Origin: a virus
Strand: one strand, 5' to 3'
IMG/VR virus record: IMGVR_UViG_3300035670_000159
Location: 7,182-71,181 of that record
Length of the DNA: 64,000 nucleotides
In this document: in pieces, positions 26,158-36,242 of the stretch
How positions within the stretch are numbered: position 1 is the stretch's first letter
Layout of the letters: the number at the start of each line of letters is the position of its first letter
Notes under the pieces: generated by a model
Databases searched by the model: none
The model's input: only the letters and a program-made list of their open reading frames with translations
What the model was told of the DNA's origin: nothing
Made by a program: the position numbers and the translations under genes

Positions 26158-26409
26158 GTGAATGTGGAAAATCAAGAAACACAAAAGCGTACTAAGGTTG
26201 AACTGGTTGAGGCTATGCAAAAACTCTACACAGAAATCAGCTCATTGACAGAACAAATTGATGAGATTAAGGTTGAGGCAAAAGAACGATCAATGCCTTA
26301 CACCCTTATGGCTAAAATTGCCAAACTTAGAGCTGAATCCAAAATTGACGATGTTCTAGACAAAAACGAAGAATTTGCAGAGCTAGTGGATGAAATCAGA
26401 GGAAATTGA
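26158..26409 (+). CDS. T4 DsbA/GapR (DUF2312)-like dsDNA-binding protein
   Basis: coiled coil then IKVEAKERSM...MAKIAKLRA pattern. Confidence 0.55.
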   Translation: MNVENQETQKRTKVELVEAMQKLYTEISSLTEQIDEIKVEAKERSMPYTLMAKIAKLRAESKIDDVLDKNEEFAELVDEIRGN

Positions 26410-26992
26410 TAGATACACACAGGTGGATTGGCACGAAATCTTTTACTACGACGAAAGTTCAAAAAGCTGTCTCAGGTGGAAAAAAGATTTCGGCTTCTCT
26501 GGAAGAAAATGCAATAACCGAAAAGACTCTGAGGCAGGGTTCACTAACAATAAAGAACCTTTCCCTGGGAGCCATGACTATTACAAAGTAAATGTCTTGA
26601 AGAACAGGTACATGATACATAAAATTATTTGGTACATGTTCAGAGAACCTATACCAAAGAAGTTAGTAATTAATCACATAGACTGCAATCAGCTAAACAA
26701 TAAACTTTCGAACTTGGAGGTTTGTTCCGAAGCAGATAACCAAAGACGGAGAAAAGAGCATAAACCGGGTAATTGCACTGTTGTGTCAAAAACCGGAATA
26801 AACGGAGTCGTTTTTCGGGACAATAAGTTTGGTGGAAGATGGATAGCTCATTGGTCTGAAGATGGGAAGGTCAGGACTAAGTCATTCTCTGTATTAAAAT
26901 ACGGTAAAGACGCTGAACATATGGCTAAAGAAGCCAGAAGATCAGCTATTCTGAAATTAGTTGAAAAAGGTTATGGCTACATAGTAGAATGA
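26390..26992 (+). CDS. free-standing HNH homing endonuclease with AP2-like C-terminus
   Basis: IHKIIW...VINHIDCNQLNNKLSNL...N; SKTGINGV...KSFSVLKYG. Confidence 0.88.
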   Translation: MKSEEIDRYTQVDWHEIFYYDESSKSCLRWKKDFGFSGRKCNNRKDSEAGFTNNKEPFPGSHDYYKVNVLKNRYMIHKIIWYMFREPIPKKLVINHIDCNQLNNKLSNLEVCSEADNQRRRKEHKPGNCTVVSKTGINGVVFRDNKFGGRWIAHWSEDGKVRTKSFSVLKYGKDAEHMAKEARRSAILKLVEKGYGYIVE

Positions 26993-27004
26993 AAGGAGAG
27001 ACTA

Positions 27005-27979
27005 TTGAAGAAACTTTGCTTTGATTACGATGCCACTTGTTTCCGGGCTGCGGCAGCAAACCAGCAAAGGTCAATCCGTTGCTTGCACAGACCCACAGGA
27101 AACATTGAGACATTCAAGACGCGCACGGACTTCTATGGGCATTGGAAACGTAAAGAAGGAGGTTGGCTTTCTGCACATCCAGAACTCAAGCTTGAAGACT
27201 TTGACATTCAAGATGTTACTGAACCTGAGCCGGTGGAGTACGCATTAAAATCCATCAAGAGCACAATTGAAGGGATGCTTGATAAATTCGATACTAAGGA
27301 TTACTACGGGTACGTAGGCGGTGACACGAACTTTCGGAAAGACATTTGTACACTGCAGCCATATAAGGGTCAAAGAACTGCGGAATTGCCTGTACACTTA
27401 GCTGCTTGTAAAGAGTATGTGATGCAGCACCACAGGGCCACTATGTCTAAGTACGTGGAAGCTGATGATTTGGTCAGCACTGACAATTACAATGCCGTCA
27501 AGAACAAACAGGACTTTGCTGCAGTGGTTCTTGACAAAGACTTCAAAGGTTGCGAAGGAAATTGGTATTTTTACTTGAATGATGATAGGCGTAAGGTCAG
27601 AGGGTTTGGCAAGCTGTGGAGAAACGGGAGCGATGTAGATGGAGTTGGTAGGATGTTCAAGTATCTTCAAATTTGCCAGGGCGACAAAAGTGACTCATAT
27701 GAGCCTCATTGCTTCTCCGATAAAGAAAACGGTCCTGTCACAGCGTACAATGCGCTCAAAGATTGCAAGAACGACACAGAAGCTTTCCTTGCAATGAAGG
27801 AGCACTTTATGTACCTCTATCCTGAACCCAAAGTCATCACAAACTGGAAAGGAAACTCCTTTGAAATTGATTGGTTTTATGTCATGAACGAGATGTTTCA
27901 GTTAGCTCATCTTCAGAGATGGAAGAATGATCGAATTGACCTGAAGAGAGCTTTTAAAGGATTGGGGATTGAAATATGA
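27005..27979 (+). CDS. 5'-3' exonuclease (T7 gp6/RNase H-like)
   Basis: NFRK...PYKGQR, EADD, DKD, GDKSD motifs. Confidence 0.88.
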   Translation: MKKLCFDYDATCFRAAAANQQRSIRCLHRPTGNIETFKTRTDFYGHWKRKEGGWLSAHPELKLEDFDIQDVTEPEPVEYALKSIKSTIEGMLDKFDTKDYYGYVGGDTNFRKDICTLQPYKGQRTAELPVHLAACKEYVMQHHRATMSKYVEADDLVSTDNYNAVKNKQDFAAVVLDKDFKGCEGNWYFYLNDDRRKVRGFGKLWRNGSDVDGVGRMFKYLQICQGDKSDSYEPHCFSDKENGPVTAYNALKDCKNDTEAFLAMKEHFMYLYPEPKVITNWKGNSFEIDWFYVMNEMFQLAHLQRWKNDRIDLKRAFKGLGIEI

Positions 27980-28176
27980 TTCAAATCAAAACACAAGAAC
28001 TTCGTGATGCTGTGCAAGCTACTTATGAGTTCGACAAGGAACATGGTAAATGCACTGACGAAAGTACAGGACAATTTACGGGAAACTTTTACCACGAGAC
28101 TTATGAGTTTGACGATAAGAGCAAGACGTATTACTTTGACTCGGGGAAGTTGTTTGCTTATGAGGATGTAGTGTGA
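27976..28176 (+). CDS. hypothetical protein
   Basis: coupled ORF. Confidence 0.6.
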   Translation: MIQIKTQELRDAVQATYEFDKEHGKCTDESTGQFTGNFYHETYEFDDKSKTYYFDSGKLFAYEDVV

Positions 28177-28676
28177 TTCGTGAGTTATACAACCCAAAAG
28201 ACAAAGCTGAAGTCCGAGACTTACTGCTTAAAGAGCAAGACTATACATGTGCAATCACCGGCTTACCTTTAGACAAGAAGGAAGCTGTTTTAGAGCACCG
28301 TCATGATGATGAAATGTTTGTCCGAGGTGTAGCCAGCAGAGCAGCTAACAGTGCCTTGGGAGTACTTGAAAATGCGTTTAAACGCTATCTGCAATGGTGG
28401 TACAATGGTAGTCTTAGTGACTTCTTGAGACAGTGTGCTTCGTATCTTGAGCAACCAATTGATAGACGCTTTCGGCACGATCAGTGGTTAAAGAAGTCCG
28501 GGATTCTTTTTAATAAACTCTCAGAAGGGCAGAAGAAAGAAGTCCTTCACCTACTAGGACAACCTCAAGGTAATAACGCAACTGAGCGAAGGAAGTTGTT
28601 TCGCTCTGCTCTGATGACTCGGCAATTTAGTTATGAGCAGGTGAAAACAATGATTGAAGAAAGGAAGAAAATATGA
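28173..28676 (+). CDS. endonuclease VII-like (Holliday junction resolvase) protein
   Basis: EQDYTCAITG...VLEHRH...VRGV...NSALG. Confidence 0.75.
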   Translation: MIRELYNPKDKAEVRDLLLKEQDYTCAITGLPLDKKEAVLEHRHDDEMFVRGVASRAANSALGVLENAFKRYLQWWYNGSLSDFLRQCASYLEQPIDRRFRHDQWLKKSGILFNKLSEGQKKEVLHLLGQPQGNNATERRKLFRSALMTRQFSYEQVKTMIEERKKI

Positions 28677-28900
28677 AGTTTAAACTACAAGCAACTCACG
28701 ATGACGGTACGGTTATTACTCACGAATTTGAAGAGGCTGTGTGGTATGCTGCACTAGATGGCTTCGTGAAGTTTCTACGAGGTAACGGTTATTTTGTCAG
28801 CGACAAAAGCGTAGGTATTAATCTGAAAGCAGGGCATTACTTCTATAATGAAGACGAGCCTTACCATAACATTACTTTCTTCGAACAAGAAAAGGAGTAA
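28673..28900 (+). CDS. hypothetical protein
   Basis: coupled ORF. Confidence 0.7.
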   Translation: MKFKLQATHDDGTVITHEFEEAVWYAALDGFVKFLRGNGYFVSDKSVGINLKAGHYFYNEDEPYHNITFFEQEKE

Positions 28901-28902
28901 AT

Positions 28903-29769
28903 TTGACGCAGCATTCACAAAGCATAAAAGACAAGATGAAAGCTCTGAGTGAATTGGGGTTTTCTTCTAGGGAAATTGCTAAACTTGTTCTTGGGTCAGA
29001 GACTAAGAAAAGTAGTGTAAATCGGGTGTTGGCTTCTGAGGGAACCACTTCTAAACCAAAAAAGGATGCAGAAGACAACTCTAGAATTCTGTTTATCTCG
29101 GATTTGCATATTCCGTTTCATCACGAGGACAGCTTTGATTTTCTTCGGCACCTGAAACAGAAGTACAATCCTACGCGAGTGATTTGCTTGGGAGATGAAC
29201 TTGATAAAAACTCATTGAGCTATCATGAAAAGAATCCTGACTTGTACTCGCCAGGACATGAACTTCAAGTTAGTATTCCGTTCATTCATGAACTTGAAGA
29301 AATCTTTCCTAAGATGGACATTCTAGAATCAAATCATGGTAGCCTTGTGTGGCGTAAAGCACAAAGTAGTGGAATCCCTAAGCACTACATCAAGAGCTAT
29401 CAAGATGTACTGAGTGTGGGTGATGGGTGGAGGTGGCATTTTGATATGGTTATCGACCTACCAGACGGGAGTCAGTGTTATGTGCATCATGGAAAGACTT
29501 CAGATATTGTTAAACTCAGTCAGACAATGAGTATGCACGCTGTAAGCGGTCATTTCCATGAAAAGTTCAAGATTGACTTCTGGGCTAATCCGCAAGGGTT
29601 GTACTGGGGGATGAGCGTCGGCTGTTTGATTGATGACAATGCTTTGGCTTTCAATTACAACAATGTCAATCTGAAGCGACCACTAATTGGTACAGGTCTT
29701 GTGATAGACTCTATCCCTGTGCTTGAGCCAATGATTTTGCTCCAGTCGGGACGTTGGAAAGGGCCTTAA
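28903..29769 (+). CDS. calcineurin-like metallophosphoesterase with N-terminal HTH
   Basis: SDLH, GDELD, SNH, HHG, GHFH; N-terminal GFSSREIAK. Confidence 0.88.
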   Translation: MTQHSQSIKDKMKALSELGFSSREIAKLVLGSETKKSSVNRVLASEGTTSKPKKDAEDNSRILFISDLHIPFHHEDSFDFLRHLKQKYNPTRVICLGDELDKNSLSYHEKNPDLYSPGHELQVSIPFIHELEEIFPKMDILESNHGSLVWRKAQSSGIPKHYIKSYQDVLSVGDGWRWHFDMVIDLPDGSQCYVHHGKTSDIVKLSQTMSMHAVSGHFHEKFKIDFWANPQGLYWGMSVGCLIDDNALAFNYNNVNLKRPLIGTGLVIDSIPVLEPMILLQSGRWKGP

Positions 29770-29908
29770 TGACCAAAGAATACATCAATGAAGTGTATAA
29801 CTTTTTGTTCTACACAAACGGGGAGTGGAAACATGAAGGGTCAACTCAATATTATTGGGGAACTTTGATTCATTACCGAGACTTCATGAAAGCAAAGAGA
29901 GGTACGCT

Positions 29909-30094
29909 ATGAAAATCAAAATAACCAAGTCAAGTAACAACCGTTCTTGGTATGATAGCCGTATCGGGGAGGTCTTTCACGTCAGACGTATCGACAGTGA
30001 TTGCTATTGGGTTAAGCCCAATCCTGATGACCCTTACTCTGGTTGGAACTTTGTTCCGTTTGAGCACTGTGAAATTTATAAGGAGAAAGATTGA
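29909..30094 (+). CDS. hypothetical protein
   Basis: GAGG RBS before MKIKITKS. Confidence 0.6.
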   Translation: MKIKITKSSNNRSWYDSRIGEVFHVRRIDSDCYWVKPNPDDPYSGWNFVPFEHCEIYKEKD

Positions 30095-30561
30095 AAGAAC
30101 TAACTTACCTATACGAGAATAGCCTACGGGCTTGTGAGATTGCCGGACAAGATAAGGAGTTTTCTTATCAGTTTCGTAAACAACAACTCTCGTACATTCA
30201 AAGCGAAGTCCAAGAACTTGCAGACGCTCTTGAGGAACTTGATCTTGTAGAAGAGCTGGACGCTTGTCAGGATATTTTGGTTACGGTGTTTGGGTATCTT
30301 CAGAAGCTAGAAGCACTAGGGGCACGAGTAGACAAGGCTATGGTAAAGACCGCTGATAATAACCTTTCCAAGTTCCCTACTACACTAGAAGAGGTTCAAC
30401 AGACGCAAGAGTTCTACAAGACTGTTAAGAACAAAGAGACTGTCTTCGGTTATAATTCTGAGTACAAACGCTACGTTGTCCGGGATATGAACGGGAAGTA
30501 CTTGAAGTGTAAAAGTTTTGTAGAGAATGATTTGAGCGATTGTTTTGATAAAGGAGAATGA
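30091..30561 (+). CDS. MazG-like NTP pyrophosphohydrolase
   Basis: SEVQEL...EELDACQD...NLSKF. Confidence 0.8.
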   Translation: MKELTYLYENSLRACEIAGQDKEFSYQFRKQQLSYIQSEVQELADALEELDLVEELDACQDILVTVFGYLQKLEALGARVDKAMVKTADNNLSKFPTTLEEVQQTQEFYKTVKNKETVFGYNSEYKRYVVRDMNGKYLKCKSFVENDLSDCFDKGE

Positions 30562-31025
30562 TGTTTAAACCAACATATATTACAGTAGCGTCAAATGCTG
30601 ATGTTAGGTGTGGCGAGTTACTTCAACATCTCGCTGATATTCAGTACTTAAACGAAAACGGAGGTGTAGTGGTTACAGGTAAACATCAAGCCATGCCAAT
30701 TGAAAATAAATCAGACATGCTCCTCCCGACAGACGCTCAAGAACGAAAGCAAATTCCGATTGTCTCTGGTGTACTTGATTACTTCCCATTGGCTATTGCT
30801 GAAGTCGCTAAGTGCTCTAAAGCGGGGAATGATCAGCATCATCCGGGAGAACCATTGTTCTGGGATAAGACGAAGAGCACTGACCACGCAGATTGTATTG
30901 GACGGCATTTGATTGACAGGGGTAAGTTCGATACAGATGGTCAAAGGCATAGTGCAAAGCTGGCTTGGCGTGCTCTTGCACTGCTTCAGTTAGAGTTGGA
31001 AGAAGAAACTAAGAAAGGAAATTAA
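30558..31025 (+). CDS. dATP/dGTP diphosphohydrolase (DUF5664-like)
   Basis: AIAEVAKCS...GNDQH...W...ADCIGRH...HSAKLAWRALALL. Confidence 0.78.
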   Translation: MMFKPTYITVASNADVRCGELLQHLADIQYLNENGGVVVTGKHQAMPIENKSDMLLPTDAQERKQIPIVSGVLDYFPLAIAEVAKCSKAGNDQHHPGEPLFWDKTKSTDHADCIGRHLIDRGKFDTDGQRHSAKLAWRALALLQLELEEETKKGN

Positions 31026-31027
31026 AA

Positions 31028-31252
31028 ATGGAAAATCAACATCGACAAATTAAAGGCTATCGGGAACTGACTCAGGTTGAGATTGATCTTATGAATGAAA
31101 TTAAAACCAAAGGAGCAGAGTTGGGAGAATTGGTCAATAAACTACGCAATACAGAAGGTCTTGATCAGCGATGGGTAAGCATTGGTGCTACGGATTTTCA
31201 AACTGGTCTAATGGCGCTTACACGTAGTGTAGCTCAACCAACATTCTTTTGA
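31028..31252 (+). CDS. acb2: anti-CBASS protein Acb2 (cyclic-oligonucleotide sponge)
   Basis: MENQHRQIKGYRELTQVEIDLMNEIK...RWVSIGATDFQTGLMALTRSVAQP closely follows Acb2 as I recall it; Y11 and K26 conserved. Confidence 0.9.
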   Translation: MENQHRQIKGYRELTQVEIDLMNEIKTKGAELGELVNKLRNTEGLDQRWVSIGATDFQTGLMALTRSVAQPTFF

Positions 31253-31497
31253 AAGGAAACACTATGAAAGAGAACAACGAAGTTGTGAGCGCTAAAACTA
31301 AAGAAAACAAAATCCAAGAAGTAAAGCAAGCTATTGCAAAGGTTGCTGAGAAGAAGATCTATAAGCTAGGCGATGAAGTGAAAGCCTATGGGAAGAATTG
31401 CAAGATTGTGGAGGTGCTTGATGTTGGACGCTATCACCTGAAGAATCTACAGGAACCCTACGATAGTTTTGTTGCACTTGTGGAAGAGTTTGAGTAA
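31249..31497 (+). CDS. hypothetical protein
   Basis: ORF in operon. Confidence 0.65.
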   Translation: MKGNTMKENNEVVSAKTKENKIQEVKQAIAKVAEKKIYKLGDEVKAYGKNCKIVEVLDVGRYHLKNLQEPYDSFVALVEEFE

Positions 31498-31498
31498 C

Positions 31499-32122
31499 AT
31501 GGAAGTTGAGAACTATCCAAAGGAGTACAGTAACCATGCCCTAATCATAATGAAAGCAGCAGAACGTGGTTATTGGTTTGATTTTGAAACAAAACAAATG
31601 GTGACACCGAAAGGAACAAAGGTAACTCCAAAGACATTTGGTAAGCAGAGATACCCATGCATGACTATTAATGATGGAACAGGCATGAAGCACAATGTTT
31701 CTTTCGCAATCCATAAATTTGTAGGCTACATGATTTTTGGAGAGATTGCTTTGCGTAAAGGTGTGAATGTTAGGCATCTTGACGATAATCCTCTAAACCT
31801 CTCTAAAGAAAACATTGCAATTGGCACATCTAGGGACAATAATTTAGACAAGTCTCCCTGTGTCAGAAGTGACACGGCTAAACGAGGAAGAAGTTCCCAA
31901 GGAGTCAGGCCAGTGACCTCTGTTGTAAAAGACGATGAAGCCGAAATAATTCTTAGGAAATACCTAAAAATAAAAGGTAATTTGAAGAGAGCAAAGCAAG
32001 GTACTATTTGTGCTATAATGAAAGAGCATCCTTACACAAGAGAATGCCTTCAGTCAATTTGTAGTGGACATAGTTTTCCAGATATCTATGAACGAGTAAT
32101 AAAGGAGTTTAGTTTTGAGTGA
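31499..32122 (+). CDS. free-standing HNH homing endonuclease
   Basis: AIHKFV...VRHLDDNPLNLSKENIAIGTSRDN. Confidence 0.85.
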   Translation: MEVENYPKEYSNHALIIMKAAERGYWFDFETKQMVTPKGTKVTPKTFGKQRYPCMTINDGTGMKHNVSFAIHKFVGYMIFGEIALRKGVNVRHLDDNPLNLSKENIAIGTSRDNNLDKSPCVRSDTAKRGRSSQGVRPVTSVVKDDEAEIILRKYLKIKGNLKRAKQGTICAIMKEHPYTRECLQSICSGHSFPDIYERVIKEFSFE

Positions 32123-32780
32123 TTATACAAAAGTACGCCTAGTTGGATACACACAACCTGCCGAAGAATTTAAAGATCAATTTAAATCCATTGGAGATTT
32201 GGTGGTTTTTTGCGCCAGGGTTTCAAACCCTAGTAATCAGTTCAATACTGAGACTTCAGAAAAGCTAATCAAATACCTGCTAAAGCACAAGCACTTCAGT
32301 CCTTTTGAAATGGCAAGCATTACTCTTGAGGTTGAAACAACACGAGATATTGCACGACAACTTCTTCGTCATCGCAGTTTCACATTTCAAGAATTTTCTC
32401 AGAGGTACGCCGATCCAACCAGTGATTTGAGTTTCGTTACACGACAAGCTCGATTGCAAGACCAGAAGAATCGACAGAATAGTATTGTCACGGATGATCC
32501 TCATTTACAAGTCTCTTGGGATGCTTATCAACAATCAGTAATTGATGCAGCAAAGCTGGCCTACAACTGGGCAGTAAATAATGGAATTGCAAAGGAACAA
32601 GCTCGTGTTGTACTCCCAGAAGGGAATACAAAGTCTAGGCTGTATGTCCAAGGCACTATTCGAAGCTTTATTCATTACATTGAAGTTCGTAGAGCAAATG
32701 GTACTCAATTGGAGCATATTTGGTTGGCAGAGGCTGTAAGTAAAGCAATCAGTGAAGTGTTTGCTATGGAAAATAATTAA
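32115..32780 (+). CDS. thyX: flavin-dependent thymidylate synthase
   Basis: ARVS, HFSPFE, RHRSFTFQEFSQRY, KEQARVVLP. Confidence 0.96.
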   Translation: MSDYTKVRLVGYTQPAEEFKDQFKSIGDLVVFCARVSNPSNQFNTETSEKLIKYLLKHKHFSPFEMASITLEVETTRDIARQLLRHRSFTFQEFSQRYADPTSDLSFVTRQARLQDQKNRQNSIVTDDPHLQVSWDAYQQSVIDAAKLAYNWAVNNGIAKEQARVVLPEGNTKSRLYVQGTIRSFIHYIEVRRANGTQLEHIWLAEAVSKAISEVFAMENN

Positions 32781-32781
32781 C

Positions 32782-32810
32782 TTGTAAAAATAAGAAGTGA
32801 GGGGTATAAT
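32782..32810 (+). promoter_or_regulatory. sigma70-type promoter
   Basis: TTGTAA-17-TATAAT. Confidence 0.7.
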
Positions 32811-32828
32811 AGCTATTCCCCTTCTTCT

Positions 32829-33188
32829 GTGAAAGGAGAAACTGTGGCACTAAACATTGCAGCCTTTGAGGCTATCAGCCTATCAGAACTAGAAACGGTG
32901 ATGCCGTGGATTAATAAAGAGTGGATTGATGAAAATCCAGATACTTTTAAACAGATGCTTTACGACTGCGGTCTTGATGTATTTAATTTTCCTCTTGATG
33001 AACAATTGAATACACATCGTAATCGTTTCAACAATATCATCACTACATGGCGTTGGGTTTGTATGTCTAGGACGGATAAGAATTGGTGCGAGTCGGGTTA
33101 TGCTTCGCAAGCGTCCAAGGATCGTGCAACTGGAAATCGTCTTTTGGTTGACTGTTACAGGCTTCGAGGGGAAGTAGAGAGTGAATAA
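32829..33188 (+). CDS. hypothetical protein
   Basis: ORF with AAGGAG RBS (start probably a few codons in). Confidence 0.7.
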   Translation: MKGETVALNIAAFEAISLSELETVMPWINKEWIDENPDTFKQMLYDCGLDVFNFPLDEQLNTHRNRFNNIITTWRWVCMSRTDKNWCESGYASQASKDRATGNRLLVDCYRLRGEVESE

Positions 33189-33213
33189 GATTTAACAACA
33201 ACAAAGGAAATGA

Positions 33214-35010
33214 ATGAAGTACAATATTGAAATGGATTTTTCTCGGGATGGTTTGTTTGACGATCTTGGTAAGACTCGCCTAAAAGATTCTTACATGCGA
33301 GAGGACGAACAATCCCCGCAAGAGCGTTTTGCTTATGTATCCGCTGCGTTTGCAAGCAACCAAGAGCATGCACAACGGCTGTATGATTACGCAAGTAAGC
33401 ATTGGTTGTCCTACTCTACACCCATTCTCTCGTTTGGACGTAACAAACGTGGACTTCCTGTTAGCTGCTACTTGAATCATCTAGACGACAGTGCTGAAGG
33501 TCTTGTTAATAATCTTTCAGAAACTAATTGGCTATCAATGATGGGTGGCGGTGTAGGTGTTCATTTTCAAATTCGCGGTGCTGATGACAAGTCTGTGGGT
33601 ATCATGCCACATTTGAAGACTTACGATGCATCCAGTCTTGCTTATAAACAAGGTAAGACTCGTAGAGGTTCGTATGCAGCTTTCTTGGATGTGTCGCACC
33701 CTGATATTATTCAGTTTCTGGAGATGCGCAAAGCTACTGGCGATCAAAATCTGAAGGCTTTGAACTTGCATCATGGAGTCAATATTACGGATAAGTTCAT
33801 GCAGATTATTGAGCAATGTATGATCAATCCAGATTATGATGACACATGGGAATTGATCCAGCCTAATACTGGAAAAGTAGTTGATACCGTTTCAGCTAAG
33901 TACTTGTGGATGAAACTTTTGGAAGTACGGATGCACACAGGTGAACCCTATATTTGGTTTATTGATCGTGCTAATGAAGGACTACCGGACTATCAAAAGA
34001 AAGCTGGCTTGAAGAATTACGGAAGTAACATCTGCGTCGAAATCAGTTTGGCTACTTCTCCTGAGCGAACAGCAGTCTGCTGCTTGAGTTCTGTCAATCT
34101 TGAATACTTTGATGAATGGAAGAACGATCCTCTCTTTTTGCAAGATATTCTTGAAATGCTAGACAACGTAATTGAGTATTTTATTCAAAATGCTCCCGAT
34201 ACAATCTCTCGTGCAAGGTTTAGTGCCATGCGAGAACGAAGTGTTGGTGTTGGTGCTTTAGGTTTTCATGCTTATCTTCAGAAGCATAATATTGCTTTTG
34301 AAAGTGCAATTGCTAAGTCAGTCAACATGCAAATGTTCAAGGGCATCCGTGAACGCCTTGACTTGGCTAACACTAAACTTGCAGAGGAACGTGGAAGTTG
34401 TCCAGACGCTGCTGATTATGGGGTTGTAAAGCGTTGTAGCCACGTGATGGCAATTGCGCCTAATGCTTCAAGCTCTATCATCATGGGTAACACCAGCCCA
34501 AGCATCGAGCCTTACGCAGCAAATGCTTACCGACAAGACACTTCCTCCGGGGCATACTTGAATAAGAACAAGTTTCTTGATAAGATTATCCTAGAAGAGT
34601 CAAAAGGAAAATCTGAGTCATGGTATGATGACACATGGGCTGCAATTATTGCTAATGATGGCTCTGTATCTGACTTGGAATGGATGGACGACTATACGAA
34701 GGATGTTTTCAAGACTGCACAAGAGATTGACCAGCGTTGGATTGTAGAGCACACAGCAGATAGGCAAGTATATGTTGATCAGTCAATTTCGACAAACGTA
34801 TTCTTCAAACCTGACTGCAGCGTCAAATACCTTCATGCTGTGCATTTCTTGGCATGGAAGAAAGGCTTGAAGGCTCTTTACTACCTCCGTAGCGGTAAAC
34901 TCCGTAAAGCGGATAAAGTTGGTAAGAAGATTGAACGTAAACGAATTGAAGATGAAATCAATATGCAAGAAATTGTAGAGGGTGATAGCTGCATTGCGTG
35001 TGAAGGTTAA
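33214..35010 (+). CDS. nrdA: ribonucleotide reductase class Ia alpha subunit (no ATP cone)
   Basis: VSCY, SNICVEI, VCCLSS, APNASS, LYYLR, C-terminal CIACEG. Confidence 0.96.
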   Translation: MKYNIEMDFSRDGLFDDLGKTRLKDSYMREDEQSPQERFAYVSAAFASNQEHAQRLYDYASKHWLSYSTPILSFGRNKRGLPVSCYLNHLDDSAEGLVNNLSETNWLSMMGGGVGVHFQIRGADDKSVGIMPHLKTYDASSLAYKQGKTRRGSYAAFLDVSHPDIIQFLEMRKATGDQNLKALNLHHGVNITDKFMQIIEQCMINPDYDDTWELIQPNTGKVVDTVSAKYLWMKLLEVRMHTGEPYIWFIDRANEGLPDYQKKAGLKNYGSNICVEISLATSPERTAVCCLSSVNLEYFDEWKNDPLFLQDILEMLDNVIEYFIQNAPDTISRARFSAMRERSVGVGALGFHAYLQKHNIAFESAIAKSVNMQMFKGIRERLDLANTKLAEERGSCPDAADYGVVKRCSHVMAIAPNASSSIIMGNTSPSIEPYAANAYRQDTSSGAYLNKNKFLDKIILEESKGKSESWYDDTWAAIIANDGSVSDLEWMDDYTKDVFKTAQEIDQRWIVEHTADRQVYVDQSISTNVFFKPDCSVKYLHAVHFLAWKKGLKALYYLRSGKLRKADKVGKKIERKRIEDEINMQEIVEGDSCIACEG

Positions 35011-35019
35011 AGGAGAAAA

Positions 35020-35988
35020 ATGAAAAAGAAATTGAAGTTGACAGATAAGCGAGATTCTTTCAAGCCTTTCAGTTACCCGTGGGCGTTCGACGCATTCTTG
35101 CAATCAGAGCAAATGCACTGGCTGCACACCGAGGTTCCGATGATTGAGGATGTTAATGACTGGAAGAATAAACTGAAGCCAGAAGAGAAGGAGTTCTTGA
35201 CTCACATCTTTCGATTCTTCACGCAAGGCGACATTGACGTTGCCGGGGCTTATGTAAATAACTACCTTCCAGTATTCCCTGCCCCTGAAGTACGAATGAT
35301 GCTGTCCAGTTTTGCTGCTCGTGAAGCTATTCATATTGCAGCTTACTCGCATCTAATTGAAACACTTGGCATTCCTGAGACAACCTACAATGAGTTTCTT
35401 GAGTACGCTGCTATGAAGGACAAACATGATTACGTGGAGTCCTTTGTCGCTCAAACAGAAGAAACTGCTGCTCAACAGATTGCTGTATTCAGTGCTTTTA
35501 CTGAAGGTATGCAACTGTTTAGCTCTTTTGTGATGTTGCTTAACTTTACTCGATTCGGTAAAATGAAAGGCATGGGTCAGATTATTGCGTGGAGCATTGC
35601 TGATGAGTCGCTACACACTGAAAGCATGATTAAGTTGTTCCGGGAGTTTGTTAAAGAAAACAAGCACATCTGGAACGACACCCTGAAGGCAGAATTGTAT
35701 CGAATCGCAGAGAAGATGGTAGAGCTAGAAGACACATTTATTGATCTTGCTTTTGGAGTTAGCTCTCAAGAGGGTTTGACCAAAGAAGAGGTCAAGCAGT
35801 ATATTCGTTACATTGCTGACCGACGATTGATTGCTCTTGGTCTGAAGGGTATTTTCAAGGTTAAGAAGAACCCTCTTCCTTGGGTTGATGGGATGCTTGG
35901 TGTGACACATAGCAACTTCTTTGAACAGAAGGTGGTTGATTATGCTAAGGGTTCTATGACTGGAGATTGGTCGGAGGTTTGGGCATGA
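35020..35988 (+). CDS. nrdB: ribonucleotide reductase class Ia beta subunit
   Basis: QGD, REAIHIAAY, FTEG, DESLH, NFFE. Confidence 0.96.
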   Translation: MKKKLKLTDKRDSFKPFSYPWAFDAFLQSEQMHWLHTEVPMIEDVNDWKNKLKPEEKEFLTHIFRFFTQGDIDVAGAYVNNYLPVFPAPEVRMMLSSFAAREAIHIAAYSHLIETLGIPETTYNEFLEYAAMKDKHDYVESFVAQTEETAAQQIAVFSAFTEGMQLFSSFVMLLNFTRFGKMKGMGQIIAWSIADESLHTESMIKLFREFVKENKHIWNDTLKAELYRIAEKMVELEDTFIDLAFGVSSQEGLTKEEVKQYIRYIADRRLIALGLKGIFKVKKNPLPWVDGMLGVTHSNFFEQKVVDYAKGSMTGDWSEVWA

Positions 35989-36242
35989 AATTAGTCAAAT
36001 ACCAATCCGCATGGTGCCAATCCTGCAAGACTCAAACTTCTTTGCTCAATACAATTGATCTTGGAGACATTATTCTTGAACAGATTGACATTGACAATCT
36101 TGATATGCAACAATTGTCAAAAGTAAAGGTGCACGGAATTCCTACCCTAATCCTCTACGACAACCAAGGCAACGAAATAAAACGCAAGACTGGAGCTTTG
36201 ACTAAAAAGCAACTTGAGGACTTTCTAGGTCTTGACAACTAA
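35985..36242 (+). CDS. thioredoxin
   Basis: WCQSC; GIPTL; ATGA-coupled to nrdB. Confidence 0.88.
   Translation: MKLVKYQSAWCQSCKTQTSLLNTIDLGDIILEQIDIDNLDMQQLSKVKVHGIPTLILYDNQGNEIKRKTGALTKKQLEDFLGLDN

Noticed and set aside
30091-31025. 2-aminoadenine (Z) genome pathway
   Set aside because: MazG-like and DUF5664-like genes are present but no PurZ is in the window; these hydrolases also occur without Z-DNA.
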